Shown here piece after piece: positions 52,284 to 61,159 of a stretch of DNA of 64,000 bases (position 1 is its first letter; each line of letters opens with the position of its first letter). Source of the DNA: an uncultured Chloroflexia bacterium. Its GTDB lineage: Bacteria; Chloroflexota; Limnocylindria; Limnocylindrales; CSP1-4. The translations under genes and the position numbers were made by a program. The notes under the pieces were generated by a model, which did not search any database, was not told the DNA's origin, and worked only from the letters and a program-made list of their open reading frames with translations. The stretch spans positions 192,001-256,000 of the forward strand of contig CAVXPZ010000001.1 in assembly GCA_963763775.1 (NCBI GenBank). Reading direction: 5' to 3'.

Positions 52284-54074
52284 CTAGCTCGCCGGCGCCG
52301 GAGGCGGCGGGTTCAGGAACCCACCGAACAGGCCGGAGAGATACGGGAACGACCCGTCGCGACCCTTGTGGAGCGGGTTGTCCGCATCCCACTGGACCGC
52401 GAAGGACTCGACGACGTCGTTGGCGTCGAGCGTGGCCCCGTCGTGGAACGTCACCCCGTCTCGCAGGGTGCAGGTCCACTGGGTCAGGTCGGCATTCGGG
52501 GTGCAGCCGGTCGCCAGTGCGGGAATGGCGGCGGTGCCACCGACCTCGTAGGCATACAGGGACTCCGACATCATCTCGCACGCGCGGAGCGACTCGCCAT
52601 CGGACTCATCGGCGCAGTACAGCCCGATCGGCTCGGCGTTCTGCATCCAGACGAACTGGCTGCGGTCACCGGGCGTCATGACGGCGAAGTTCTCCGTCCC
52701 GAGCGGGGACGAGTGCGCGTTCTGGACGTCGGCCCGATAGGCGACGGCGGAGCCGCCGTGCGCGATCGGGACCATCGGGACGTGCGCCTTGATGGCGTTG
52801 TTGGCGGTGGTGTACGCCGGGGCACGGGCCGCGTCGTCCTTCCCGCCAGCGCCTTCGGTCAGCGCCGCGGTGATGTCGTCGAAGTGGGTACCGAACTGCT
52901 TGGAAGCGCCGGTCCCGAAGTGGAAGTCGAGGAAGTTGGTGATATCCGGGTAGTCCGCGCCCCAGCCGAGGAGGTGGATGCCATCGAGCTTGCCGTTGTT
53001 GGCGTTGTCGATGAACGTCCCGGACTCCTGGACGTCGATCTTGGCGTTGATCCCCAGGTTCTTCTTGAGCTGGGCCTGGATGTCCTGCGCCACGACGTTC
53101 GGATCGGGCAGATAGCCGCGCACGACGTCGCGGTAGTGGATGGTGGTGTCGAACCCGTTCGGGAAGCCGGCCTCGGCGAGGAGGGCCTTGGCCGCCGCGG
53201 GATCGAAGTCGTACCAGTCGTCACCCGCGCACCCGTTCGGGATCGAGCACGGCGTGAAGTGGGTCGCGACCTCGGAGCCGGCCGGGTAGAAGTTGTCCAC
53301 GATGCGCTTCCGGTCGATGCCCATGGCGATCGCCTGGCGGACCTTCTCGTTGTCGAACGGCGCGAAGGTGTTGTTGAAGCCGACGTAGAAGGTGTTCAGC
53401 CCGTCGCGCGGCTTCAGCTGGAGGTCCGGGTTGGACGAGACGGTGCCGAAGTCGGTCGGCCCGACGTTGTCGATGCCGTCGACGGTGCCCGAGGAGAGCT
53501 CGACGAGGCGCTGGGCGGCCTCGGTGCTCCATCGGAAGATGAGCTTCTCGGACTTGGCCTTGTCGCCCCAGTAGTTGTCGTTGCGGCTCATGGTGATGTC
53601 CGAGCCCTTGTTCCAGGCGTCGAGCTTCCACGGGCCGGTGCCGTTGACTTCGGAGACGATCTTCTGCGACGTCGCGGCCGGGTCGATGTGCGACTCGAGC
53701 CAGGCGGTGTCGTTGATCGCGAACGACGAGAAGGCGATCTTCGAGAGGAAGGCCACATCCGGATTGCAGAGGTCGAAGACGACGGTCTTCGCATCCGTGG
53801 CCGAGATCTTCTTGAAGTTGCCCGTGTACTTGTCGTGCGTGGCGTCTGGCGCGGCCGCCTGACCGCACGGGGCCTCGCCCGTTGCCGGATAGGTCATCGC
53901 CGTGTACGGCGCCTCGGCGCTGGCCGAGGGCGCGGCAGCGGATGGTGCGGCGGCCGACGCGGCGGCACTGGGCGCGGATGACGCTTGCTGCGTCCCGCTA
54001 CACGCCGCGAAGACGATCGCTACCACCGCCAACACGGCGAAGGGCGACCACCTCGGTGATCGTTGCATGCTCAC
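52284..54074 (-). CDS. Peptide ABC substrate-binding lipoprotein (family 5), circularly permuted
   Basis: RBS GAGGAGGAG; lipobox FAAC; NGTGPW, VRQAIAMGIDR; LRDGVTFHDG near the C-terminus; extended -10 TGCTAGGCT at 54181-54189. Confidence 0.9.
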   Translation of the reverse strand: MSMQRSPRWSPFAVLAVVAIVFAACSGTQQASSAPSAAASAAAPSAAAPSASAEAPYTAMTYPATGEAPCGQAAAPDATHDKYTGNFKKISATDAKTVVFDLCNPDVAFLSKIAFSSFAINDTAWLESHIDPAATSQKIVSEVNGTGPWKLDAWNKGSDITMSRNDNYWGDKAKSEKLIFRWSTEAAQRLVELSSGTVDGIDNVGPTDFGTVSSNPDLQLKPRDGLNTFYVGFNNTFAPFDNEKVRQAIAMGIDRKRIVDNFYPAGSEVATHFTPCSIPNGCAGDDWYDFDPAAAKALLAEAGFPNGFDTTIHYRDVVRGYLPDPNVVAQDIQAQLKKNLGINAKIDVQESGTFIDNANNGKLDGIHLLGWGADYPDITNFLDFHFGTGASKQFGTHFDDITAALTEGAGGKDDAARAPAYTTANNAIKAHVPMVPIAHGGSAVAYRADVQNAHSSPLGTENFAVMTPGDRSQFVWMQNAEPIGLYCADESDGESLRACEMMSESLYAYEVGGTAAIPALATGCTPNADLTQWTCTLRDGVTFHDGATLDANDVVESFAVQWDADNPLHKGRDGSFPYLSGLFGGFLNPPPPAPAS

Positions 54075-54244
54075 GACTCCTCCTCTGTGCCCCTCGCCCG
54101 GACCGTCATGCCTCCCTGTCCGTGCTGTCAGGGGCGGGGCGCGACCACACAGGGCCGATTTCGGCCCGCGGGTGCCCGGAAGCCTAGCACCGGCAGGGAG
54201 TCGCCGTCACCATCCGGATCGAGGGGTACCGTATGCTCCGACGC

Positions 54245-55240
54245 GTGACGAGGATACGGATCGCGCTCGCGCAGATCGCCCCGGGGCTGGGCGCGCTGGA
54301 GCGCAACCTGGCGACGCACCACGCGCTCCTCGCGCAGGCTCGCACCGAGGGCGCGGACCTCGTCGTCTTCCCGGAGCTCGGCCTGACCGGCTACCTGCTC
54401 CAGGATCTCGCCGCCGAGGTCGCGATGCGGCTCGACGACCGCCGGCTCGCCGAGCTCGCCGCTGCGACCCACGGCCTCTCGGCCGTGGTCTCGTTCGTCG
54501 AGGAGTCGGCCGACCATCGCCTGTTCATCGCGGCGGCGCTCCTCGAGGACGGCGAGATCCGCCACGTCCATCGCAAGCTGTTCCTGCCGACCTACGGGCT
54601 CTTCGACGAGCGCCGCTTCTTCGCCGCGGGCGATGTCCTGCGCGCCACGCCGTCGCGCCTCGGCGTCGGGATCGGGATCGCCGTGTGCGAGGACTTCTGG
54701 CACCTCTCCGTGCCGCAGCTGCTCGCGCTGGACGGTGCGCAGATCCTCATCAACGTGTCGTCGTCGCCGGGTCGCGATCTCGCGGCGACCAACGAGGTCG
54801 GCCTGGGCACGGCGGCCTCGTGGCGCACGCTGATGCGAACGTACGCCCAGCTGACGACCTCGTTCGTGGTCTTCTGCAACCGCGTGGGGGTCGACGAGAG
54901 CATCTCCTTCTGGGGTGGCTCCGAGGTGATCGCCCCGACCGGTGCCGCGGTCTTCAGCGCCCCCTTGTACGACGAGGGCCTGTTCACCGTCGACATCGCC
55001 TCGGCCGACATCCGCCGGGAGCGGATCTCGCTCCCGCTCCTGCGGGACGAGCGCCCGGAGCTCCAGGCACGCGAACTCGGCCGGATCGTGGCCGAACGGG
55101 CGGGGATGGCGCGGGATTCGACCGCGGATCCCGACGCCGAGGCCGGCCTTGACGTGGCACCCGGCGAAGCGGCCGGGTCGCCGATCGGGTTCGGGGCCGC
55201 CGGGCGCGGCCCGGGGCCGGCGACGGACCATGGCCGATGA
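54245..55240 (+). CDS. Nitrilase-family amidohydrolase, probable glutaminase subunit of NAD synthetase
   Basis: E-K-C triad in FPELGLTGY, RKLFLPTYGLFDERRFF, CEDFW; ATGA overlap with nadE. Confidence 0.85.
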   Translation: MTRIRIALAQIAPGLGALERNLATHHALLAQARTEGADLVVFPELGLTGYLLQDLAAEVAMRLDDRRLAELAAATHGLSAVVSFVEESADHRLFIAAALLEDGEIRHVHRKLFLPTYGLFDERRFFAAGDVLRATPSRLGVGIGIAVCEDFWHLSVPQLLALDGAQILINVSSSPGRDLAATNEVGLGTAASWRTLMRTYAQLTTSFVVFCNRVGVDESISFWGGSEVIAPTGAAVFSAPLYDEGLFTVDIASADIRRERISLPLLRDERPELQARELGRIVAERAGMARDSTADPDAEAGLDVAPGEAAGSPIGFGAAGRGPGPATDHGR

Positions 55241-56139
55241 CGCGGCCCGAGCCCCCGGCGACCGACGTGACTGAGGCGGTGACGTCGGCTCCCGCCTTCG
55301 AGCTGCCGACGGAGCTCGCCATCGACACGGATGTCGCGCGGCGCGTCATCGCGGAGTTCATCCGCGGCCAGCTCGCCCAGGCCGGGTTCGAACGGGCCGT
55401 GCTGGGACTGTCGGGCGGCATCGATTCGGCGCTCGTCGCGTATCTCACGGCCGAGGCCATCGGCGCCGAGCGCCTGCTCTGCGTGCTCATGCCGTACCGG
55501 ACGTCCTCGCCCGACTCGCGCGGCGACGCCGAGACGATCGTCGCGGCGCTGGGGTGCGCCTCGACCGTGGTCGACATCAGCCCGATGGTCGACGCGTACT
55601 TCGCCGGCCACGAGGACGCCAGCGCGCTCCGCCAGGGCAACTTCATGGCGCGGATGCGGATGTCGGTCCTGTACGACCACTCGGTGACGTTCGGCGGACT
55701 CGTCGTGGGGACCGGCAACAAGACCGAATCGCTGATCGGCTACACGACGCTCTTCGGCGATTCGGCCTGCGCGTTCAACCCGATCGGCGACCTCTACAAG
55801 AGCCAGGTCCGCCAGGTCGCCGTCGCGATCGGCGTCCCCGAGGCGGTCATCCGGAAGGCGCCCTCGGCCGACCTCTGGCCGGGCCAGACGGACGAGAACG
55901 AGGGCGGGTTCGACTACCCGTCGCTGGACCGGCTGTTGTTCTGGCGCGTCGACAAGCGGCGCTCGACCGACGAGCTCGTCGAGATGGGCTTCGATCCCGC
56001 GACGATCGCGCGTGTCGACCGGATGGTGGCGAGCGCGGAATTCAAGCGCCAGGTGCCGCCGATCGCCAAGCTCGGGCCGCGGACGGCGGGCGTCGACTAC
56101 CTCTACCCGCGCCGCCGCCCGGGATCGGCCAGGACGTGA
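55237..56139 (+). CDS. nadE: NAD+ synthetase (synthetase domain only)
   Basis: GLSGGIDS, GNFMARMRM, GTGNKTE, GDLYKSQV, KAPSADLW, SAEFKR. Confidence 0.95.
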   Translation: MTRPEPPATDVTEAVTSAPAFELPTELAIDTDVARRVIAEFIRGQLAQAGFERAVLGLSGGIDSALVAYLTAEAIGAERLLCVLMPYRTSSPDSRGDAETIVAALGCASTVVDISPMVDAYFAGHEDASALRQGNFMARMRMSVLYDHSVTFGGLVVGTGNKTESLIGYTTLFGDSACAFNPIGDLYKSQVRQVAVAIGVPEAVIRKAPSADLWPGQTDENEGGFDYPSLDRLLFWRVDKRRSTDELVEMGFDPATIARVDRMVASAEFKRQVPPIAKLGPRTAGVDYLYPRRRPGSART

Positions 56140-57006
56140 GCCCGTCGCCGCCGGCCGGTGCCGGGGGCACGCTCTATGTCGTCGCGACCCCGATCGGGAA
56201 CCTCGGCGACGTGACGCTGCGCGCCCTCGAGATCCTCGGATCGGTCCCCCTCATCGCGGCGGAGGACACCCGCATCACGCGGCGGCTGCTGGACCGGAAC
56301 GGGATCACGACGCGCATGACCAGCTTCCACGCCCAGAGCGGCGCCGACCGGGTCGAGACGCTGCTGGCGCACCTCGGCGGTGGCGCCGACCTCGCCCTGG
56401 TCAGCGATGCGGGGACCCCGGTCGTGAGCGACCCGGGCGACGACCTGATCGGCCGCTGGGCGGCGTCGGGCGGACGGGTCGTGCCCATCCCCGGCGCGTC
56501 CGCGGTCCTGGCCGCGGTGGCGGCGACCGGTCTCGCCGGTCCACGCTGGGCCTTCGAGGGCTTCCTCCCGCGCTCCGGCCGCGAGCGTCGCGAGCGGCTG
56601 GAGCGCATCGCCGCCGACGACCGCGGCACGCTCGTGTTCGAGGCGCCCGGCCGAGTCGCGGCCACGCTGCGGGATCTCGCGGCCACGTGCGGTCCGACAC
56701 GGCCCGGGGCGGTGTGCCGCGAGCTGACCAAGCTCCACGAGACGATCGTCCGCGGGTCGCTCGGGGAGCTCGCCGCGGCAGCGGCCGACGGCGCGATCCC
56801 GCCCCGCGGCGAGTTCGTCCTGGTCGTCGGGGCCGCACCGATCGTCGAGGATGTGTCCGACGAGGCCGCGCGCGTGGCGGACGCTCGGCACGAGGTGGAG
56901 CGGCTCGTCGCCGGCGGGATGCCCCGTGGCGACGCGGCCCGCACGGTCGCCGACCGCGACCGGGATCGCGCGGCGCCGGCTCTATGGGGCTGACACGCTC
57001 CGGTAG
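56136..57006 (+). CDS. rsmI: 16S rRNA Cm1402 methyltransferase (probable indel near 56955)
   Basis: VVATPIGNLGD, AEDTR, VSDAGTPVVSDPG, FEGFLP, RELTKLHE, RGEF; the typical tail ATGIARRRLY lies in a shifted frame ending at 57006. Confidence 0.93.
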
Positions 57007-57015
57007 CATCGGTCC

Positions 57016-58134
57016 ATGACCGCCGCCACGCCAGCCAGCTCCGGTCTGCCCATCCTCGGTCAGCTGTCCCGGGGCGCACGCGTCGCCGTCCTCGTCACGC
57101 TCGCCGTGAGCCTCCTGGCCATCCTGCTCGACTTCGGGCTGCACGCCAGCGAGTCGGTGGTGTTCATCGCGGCCGCGGTCGCGATCCTCGGGCTGGCCTG
57201 GGTCGTCGGCCTCTCGACCGAGCGCCTGGGCTCCCTGACCGGACCCCAGGTCGGCGGCATCCTGAATGCCACATTCGGCAATATCGCCGAGCTGATCATC
57301 GCGTTCTTCGCGCTGCAAGCCGGCCTGATCGACGTCGTGAAGGCCTCGCTGACCGGCTCGATCATCGGCAACCTCCTGCTGGTCCTCGGGGCGAGCGTGC
57401 TCGTCGGCGGTCTGCGGCACGGCACGCAGACCTTCTCGTCCCGCGTCGCCGGGGCGAACGCGGCGCTGCTCGTCGTCGCCGCGATCGGGCTGTTCATCCC
57501 GGCGATCTTCGCCTTCACGACGAGCAAGCCCGACACCGGCTCCCTCACCGAGGAATCGGTCCTGGTGGCCCTCGCGCTGATCGTCGGCTACGCGCTGTCC
57601 CTCGTCTATCAGTTCTCCAACCCGAGCGAGACGCTCGGCGGGCACGGCGCGCCCGCCGACCACGCCGGCCCGATGTGGAGCGGACGCGTCGCGGTCGTCG
57701 TCCTGCTGATCGCCGCGGGGCTCCTGGCCTTGCTCTCGGAGATCCTCGTGAGCTCGATCGGCGGCTTCATCGAGTCGTTCGACCTCACGCCGTTCTTCGT
57801 CGGCGTGGTCCTGATCCCGACCATCGGCAACCTCGCCGAGCACCTCGTCGCCGTCCAGCTGGCGGCGAAGGACAAGATGGAGTTCGCGATGGCCGTGTCG
57901 TACGGCTCGAGCCTGCAGGTGGCGTTGTTCGTCGCGCCGGTCCTCGTGCTCATCGGCGTCGTCATCGGCCAGCCGATGAACCTGGTCTTCACGCCGCTCG
58001 AGGTCGCCGCGGTGGCGGCCGCCGTGGGGATCAGCGCCTTGATCGCCCTTGACGGCGAGTCGAACTGGCTGGAGGGGGCCCTGCTGATGATCGTCTACCT
58101 CATCCTCGCGTTCTCCTTCTACGAGTTCGTCTGA
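57016..58134 (+). CDS. Ca2+/H+ antiporter (CAX family)
   Basis: GGILNATFGNIAEL, GSIIGNLLL, GNLAEH, GSSLQVALF, DGESNWLEG. Confidence 0.93.
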   Translation: MTAATPASSGLPILGQLSRGARVAVLVTLAVSLLAILLDFGLHASESVVFIAAAVAILGLAWVVGLSTERLGSLTGPQVGGILNATFGNIAELIIAFFALQAGLIDVVKASLTGSIIGNLLLVLGASVLVGGLRHGTQTFSSRVAGANAALLVVAAIGLFIPAIFAFTTSKPDTGSLTEESVLVALALIVGYALSLVYQFSNPSETLGGHGAPADHAGPMWSGRVAVVVLLIAAGLLALLSEILVSSIGGFIESFDLTPFFVGVVLIPTIGNLAEHLVAVQLAAKDKMEFAMAVSYGSSLQVALFVAPVLVLIGVVIGQPMNLVFTPLEVAAVAAAVGISALIALDGESNWLEGALLMIVYLILAFSFYEFV

Positions 58135-58189
58135 GGGCGAGGGCGGCGACGCGGGAGGGGGACGCGCCGCCGCCCTTGGGAGATGCGGG

Positions 58190-58678
58190 TCAGGCGGCGA
58201 CGACGGCCGCCGTCACGTCCTCCTCGTCGTCATCGTCGTCGGGCTCGCCGTCGGCGAGCGCGTCGATCGCCGGGATCGGGTCGGCCGCGTCGGCCGCGCC
58301 GTCATCCGGGGCGCCGACCTGGGCCGCGAGCGAATCGGCGGCCTGCTGCGCCTCGTAGTCCTTCTTCCGGCGCCCGGACAGCATCTCGACGTGCGAGGCC
58401 ACGATCTCGGTCTTCCAGTGCCGGGTGCCCTTGTCGTCGTCCCAGGAGCGGGTCTGGAGCCGCCCTTCCACCGCGACCTGCTGGCCCTTGCCGAGATATC
58501 GACCGGCGACTTCCGCCAGGCGATCCCAGGTCACGATGGGGCTGTACTCGGCCTTTTCCTTGCCGGCACCGATGAACTCGTTGCTGGCGATCGTGAAGGT
58601 CGTGACGACCTTGCCACTGGCCAGGTTGCGCATCTCCGGGTCGCGCGTCAGGCGCCCCGTGAGGAGGACCTTGTTCAC
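58190..58678 (-). CDS. ssb: Single-stranded DNA-binding protein (atypical C-terminus)
   Basis: RBS GAAGGAG; MNKVLLTGRLTRDPE, KGQQVAVEGRLQTRSW. Confidence 0.92.
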   Translation of the reverse strand: MNKVLLTGRLTRDPEMRNLASGKVVTTFTIASNEFIGAGKEKAEYSPIVTWDRLAEVAGRYLGKGQQVAVEGRLQTRSWDDDKGTRHWKTEIVASHVEMLSGRRKKDYEAQQAADSLAAQVGAPDDGAADAADPIPAIDALADGEPDDDDDEEDVTAAVVAA

Positions 58679-58984
58679 GGTCCGATCTCCTTCCCGGTCG
58701 TCCGGTCGCACCGGTCTCGACCCTGCGTTGCCGGCGGGCATCTCGACGGGCGGTGGTACGGTCGCCGGCCCCGGCGGACCGGGCCCTCGGCGGGGGCGGG
58801 TTCGGCGTTCGGCGGGGCCGGCTGACGACCTCGACGGGCACGGCCCACGCTAGCGGTGCCCCCTCACCGGGCGCTCATCAGCGCCATATCCGCGGATCCA
58901 CGCACGCACAACGCCGGCGAGACGCGCGACTGGCATGGTCCATCGACATGTCGGCCGCCCAAGCCGACCGAGGGAGGAACCACC

Positions 58985-61144
58985 ATGGCTCGCGCGTCCA
59001 CGGTGTTCGTCATCGCCCTGCTCTGCGTCGCGCTCCTGCCCGGAGCGGCCGCAGCGGCCGGACCTACCTTCACGCCGGGCGCCGCCGGCGCCGGCGACCC
59101 CTACTACCCGCTCGACGGCAACGGCGGCTACGACGTCAGGCACTACGACCTCGACCTCCGCTACGACCCGGCGACCGACATCCTCGGTGGCACGGCCACG
59201 ATCGACGCCCGAGCTACGCAGAACCTGTCGCGGTTCGACCTCGATCTCGTGGGCCTGAACGTCCGCTCGATCCGGATCGACGGCCGGGGTGCGGCCTGGA
59301 CGCGAGACGGCCAGGAGCTCGTGATCACCCCGGGCCGAGGCATCCTCAAGGGCACCGTCTTCACGGTGACCATCCGGTACGACGGCGTCCCGGAGCAGAC
59401 GAACGAGCTGTTCGGCGGCATCTCCGGCTTCATCGCCACCGACGACGGCGCGATCGTGGCGGGACAGCCGCATGGCGCCGCCTACTGGTTCCCCGCGAAC
59501 GACCATCCGACGGACAAGGCGTCGTTCAGCTACGAGATCACGGTCCCCAGGGGCCTGCAGGTCGTCGCCAACGGCAAGAGCCTCGGGCAGGACACCCGCA
59601 ACGGCTGGACCACCTGGGACTGGGACGCCCCCGATCCGATGGCGACCTATCTGGCCACGATCAACATCGGCAAGTACAAGATGACCGGGTACAGCAAGGA
59701 CGGCGTCCGGTACCTCGACGCGATCGACCCGGACCTGTTCAAGCCGGACGCCAGCCCGCACTCCGGGTCGCGCTACGCGTACTCGCAGCGCGACGACGAG
59801 TCGTACAAGCGGCTCCTGCGGTCCATCGCCGTCCCCTCGGCCGGCGGCACCCTCTCGTTCTGGGTGGACCGGGACACCGAGTTCCCGTGGGACTTCTTCT
59901 TCGTCGAGGTCCATCCGCTCGGCTCCGACCAGTGGACCACCCTCCCGGATGCCGGGGGCCACTCGAGCCAGGACACCGGGGCGTCGTGCCCCTTCTGGCT
60001 CGGCATCCATCCGTTCCTCGGCCACTACCAGGCCGACAACGGCGACGGGACGTGCACGCCGGTCGGCGACACCGGGGACTGGAACGCGGCGACCGGGTCC
60101 AGCGACGGCTGGGAGCACTGGAGCGTCGATCTGTCCGCGTACAAGAACCAGACCGTCGAGGTGTCCCTCTCGTACGCGAGTGACGACATCTACCAGGCGC
60201 ACGGCGCCTACATCGACGACATCGTCGGACCGCAGGGGCGGGGAACGACCTCGTTCGAGGCCGACGGCAACCCGATGGACGGCTGGACCGTGCCCGGCGC
60301 ACCGGCGGGCTCGCCGGCCAACGACAACGACTGGATCACCGGCACGACCTCGATCGCGGCGCCATCGCGCGGCGCGAACGTCGAGGCCTCGTTCGCCCGC
60401 CTGCCGGAGATGCTCAAGTTCCTCGCCGCGGACTTCGGTCCGTACCCGTGGACCTCGGCCGGCGGCATCGTCGATGACATCGACGGGCTCGGGTTCGCCC
60501 TCGAGACCCAGACCCGACCCACCTACTCGAAGGACTTCTTCTACAACCCGGGCGACGGCGACGGCGTCGTCGTCCACGAGAACATGCACCAGTGGTACGG
60601 CGACAGCCTGGCCGTCCAGCGCTGGTCGGACATCTGGCTCAACGAGGGCTTCGCGACCTATTCCGAGTGGCTGTGGAGCGAGCACGAGGGCAGCGACGAC
60701 CCACAGGCGATCTTCGACTTCTACGCCAACGTCATCCCCGACGACGACCCGTTCTGGGCCCTGACGATCGGCGATCCAGGTCCGGGCGACGAGTTCGACT
60801 TCCCGGTGTACGCGCGTGGCGCGATGACGCTCCAGGCGCTCCGCCAGACGGTCGGCGACGATCCGTTCTTCAAGATCATGCGGCGCTGGGCCAAGCTCCA
60901 CGCCGGCGGCAACGTCAGCACGGACCAGTTCATCGCCCTGGCCGAGTCCATCTCCGGACAAGACCTCGGCGACCTCTTCGACACGTGGCTGTACACGCCA
61001 TCGAAGCCCGTCATCGAGTCTGCGGCCGCTCGGCGTTCCGCGGTGGCCGTCTCGGCCTCGGTGGCCCTTCGGGGCGGCCCGCGGGCGGCGATCAGCCTCA
61101 TGGAACGCTACGGGAAGGACACGCTCGCCCGGCTCAGCCACTGA
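58985..61144 (+). CDS. Secreted M1 family metallopeptidase with inserted beta-sandwich domain
   Basis: Signal peptide; GDPYYPLDGNGGYDV, WFPANDHPTDKA, MATYL, GFALETQ, HENMHQWYGD...WLNEGFATY, YARGA. Confidence 0.9.
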   Translation: MARASTVFVIALLCVALLPGAAAAAGPTFTPGAAGAGDPYYPLDGNGGYDVRHYDLDLRYDPATDILGGTATIDARATQNLSRFDLDLVGLNVRSIRIDGRGAAWTRDGQELVITPGRGILKGTVFTVTIRYDGVPEQTNELFGGISGFIATDDGAIVAGQPHGAAYWFPANDHPTDKASFSYEITVPRGLQVVANGKSLGQDTRNGWTTWDWDAPDPMATYLATINIGKYKMTGYSKDGVRYLDAIDPDLFKPDASPHSGSRYAYSQRDDESYKRLLRSIAVPSAGGTLSFWVDRDTEFPWDFFFVEVHPLGSDQWTTLPDAGGHSSQDTGASCPFWLGIHPFLGHYQADNGDGTCTPVGDTGDWNAATGSSDGWEHWSVDLSAYKNQTVEVSLSYASDDIYQAHGAYIDDIVGPQGRGTTSFEADGNPMDGWTVPGAPAGSPANDNDWITGTTSIAAPSRGANVEASFARLPEMLKFLAADFGPYPWTSAGGIVDDIDGLGFALETQTRPTYSKDFFYNPGDGDGVVVHENMHQWYGDSLAVQRWSDIWLNEGFATYSEWLWSEHEGSDDPQAIFDFYANVIPDDDPFWALTIGDPGPGDEFDFPVYARGAMTLQALRQTVGDDPFFKIMRRWAKLHAGGNVSTDQFIALAESISGQDLGDLFDTWLYTPSKPVIESAAARRSAVAVSASVALRGGPRAAISLMERYGKDTLARLSH

Positions 61145-61159
61145 GCCGGCGCTCCAGCC

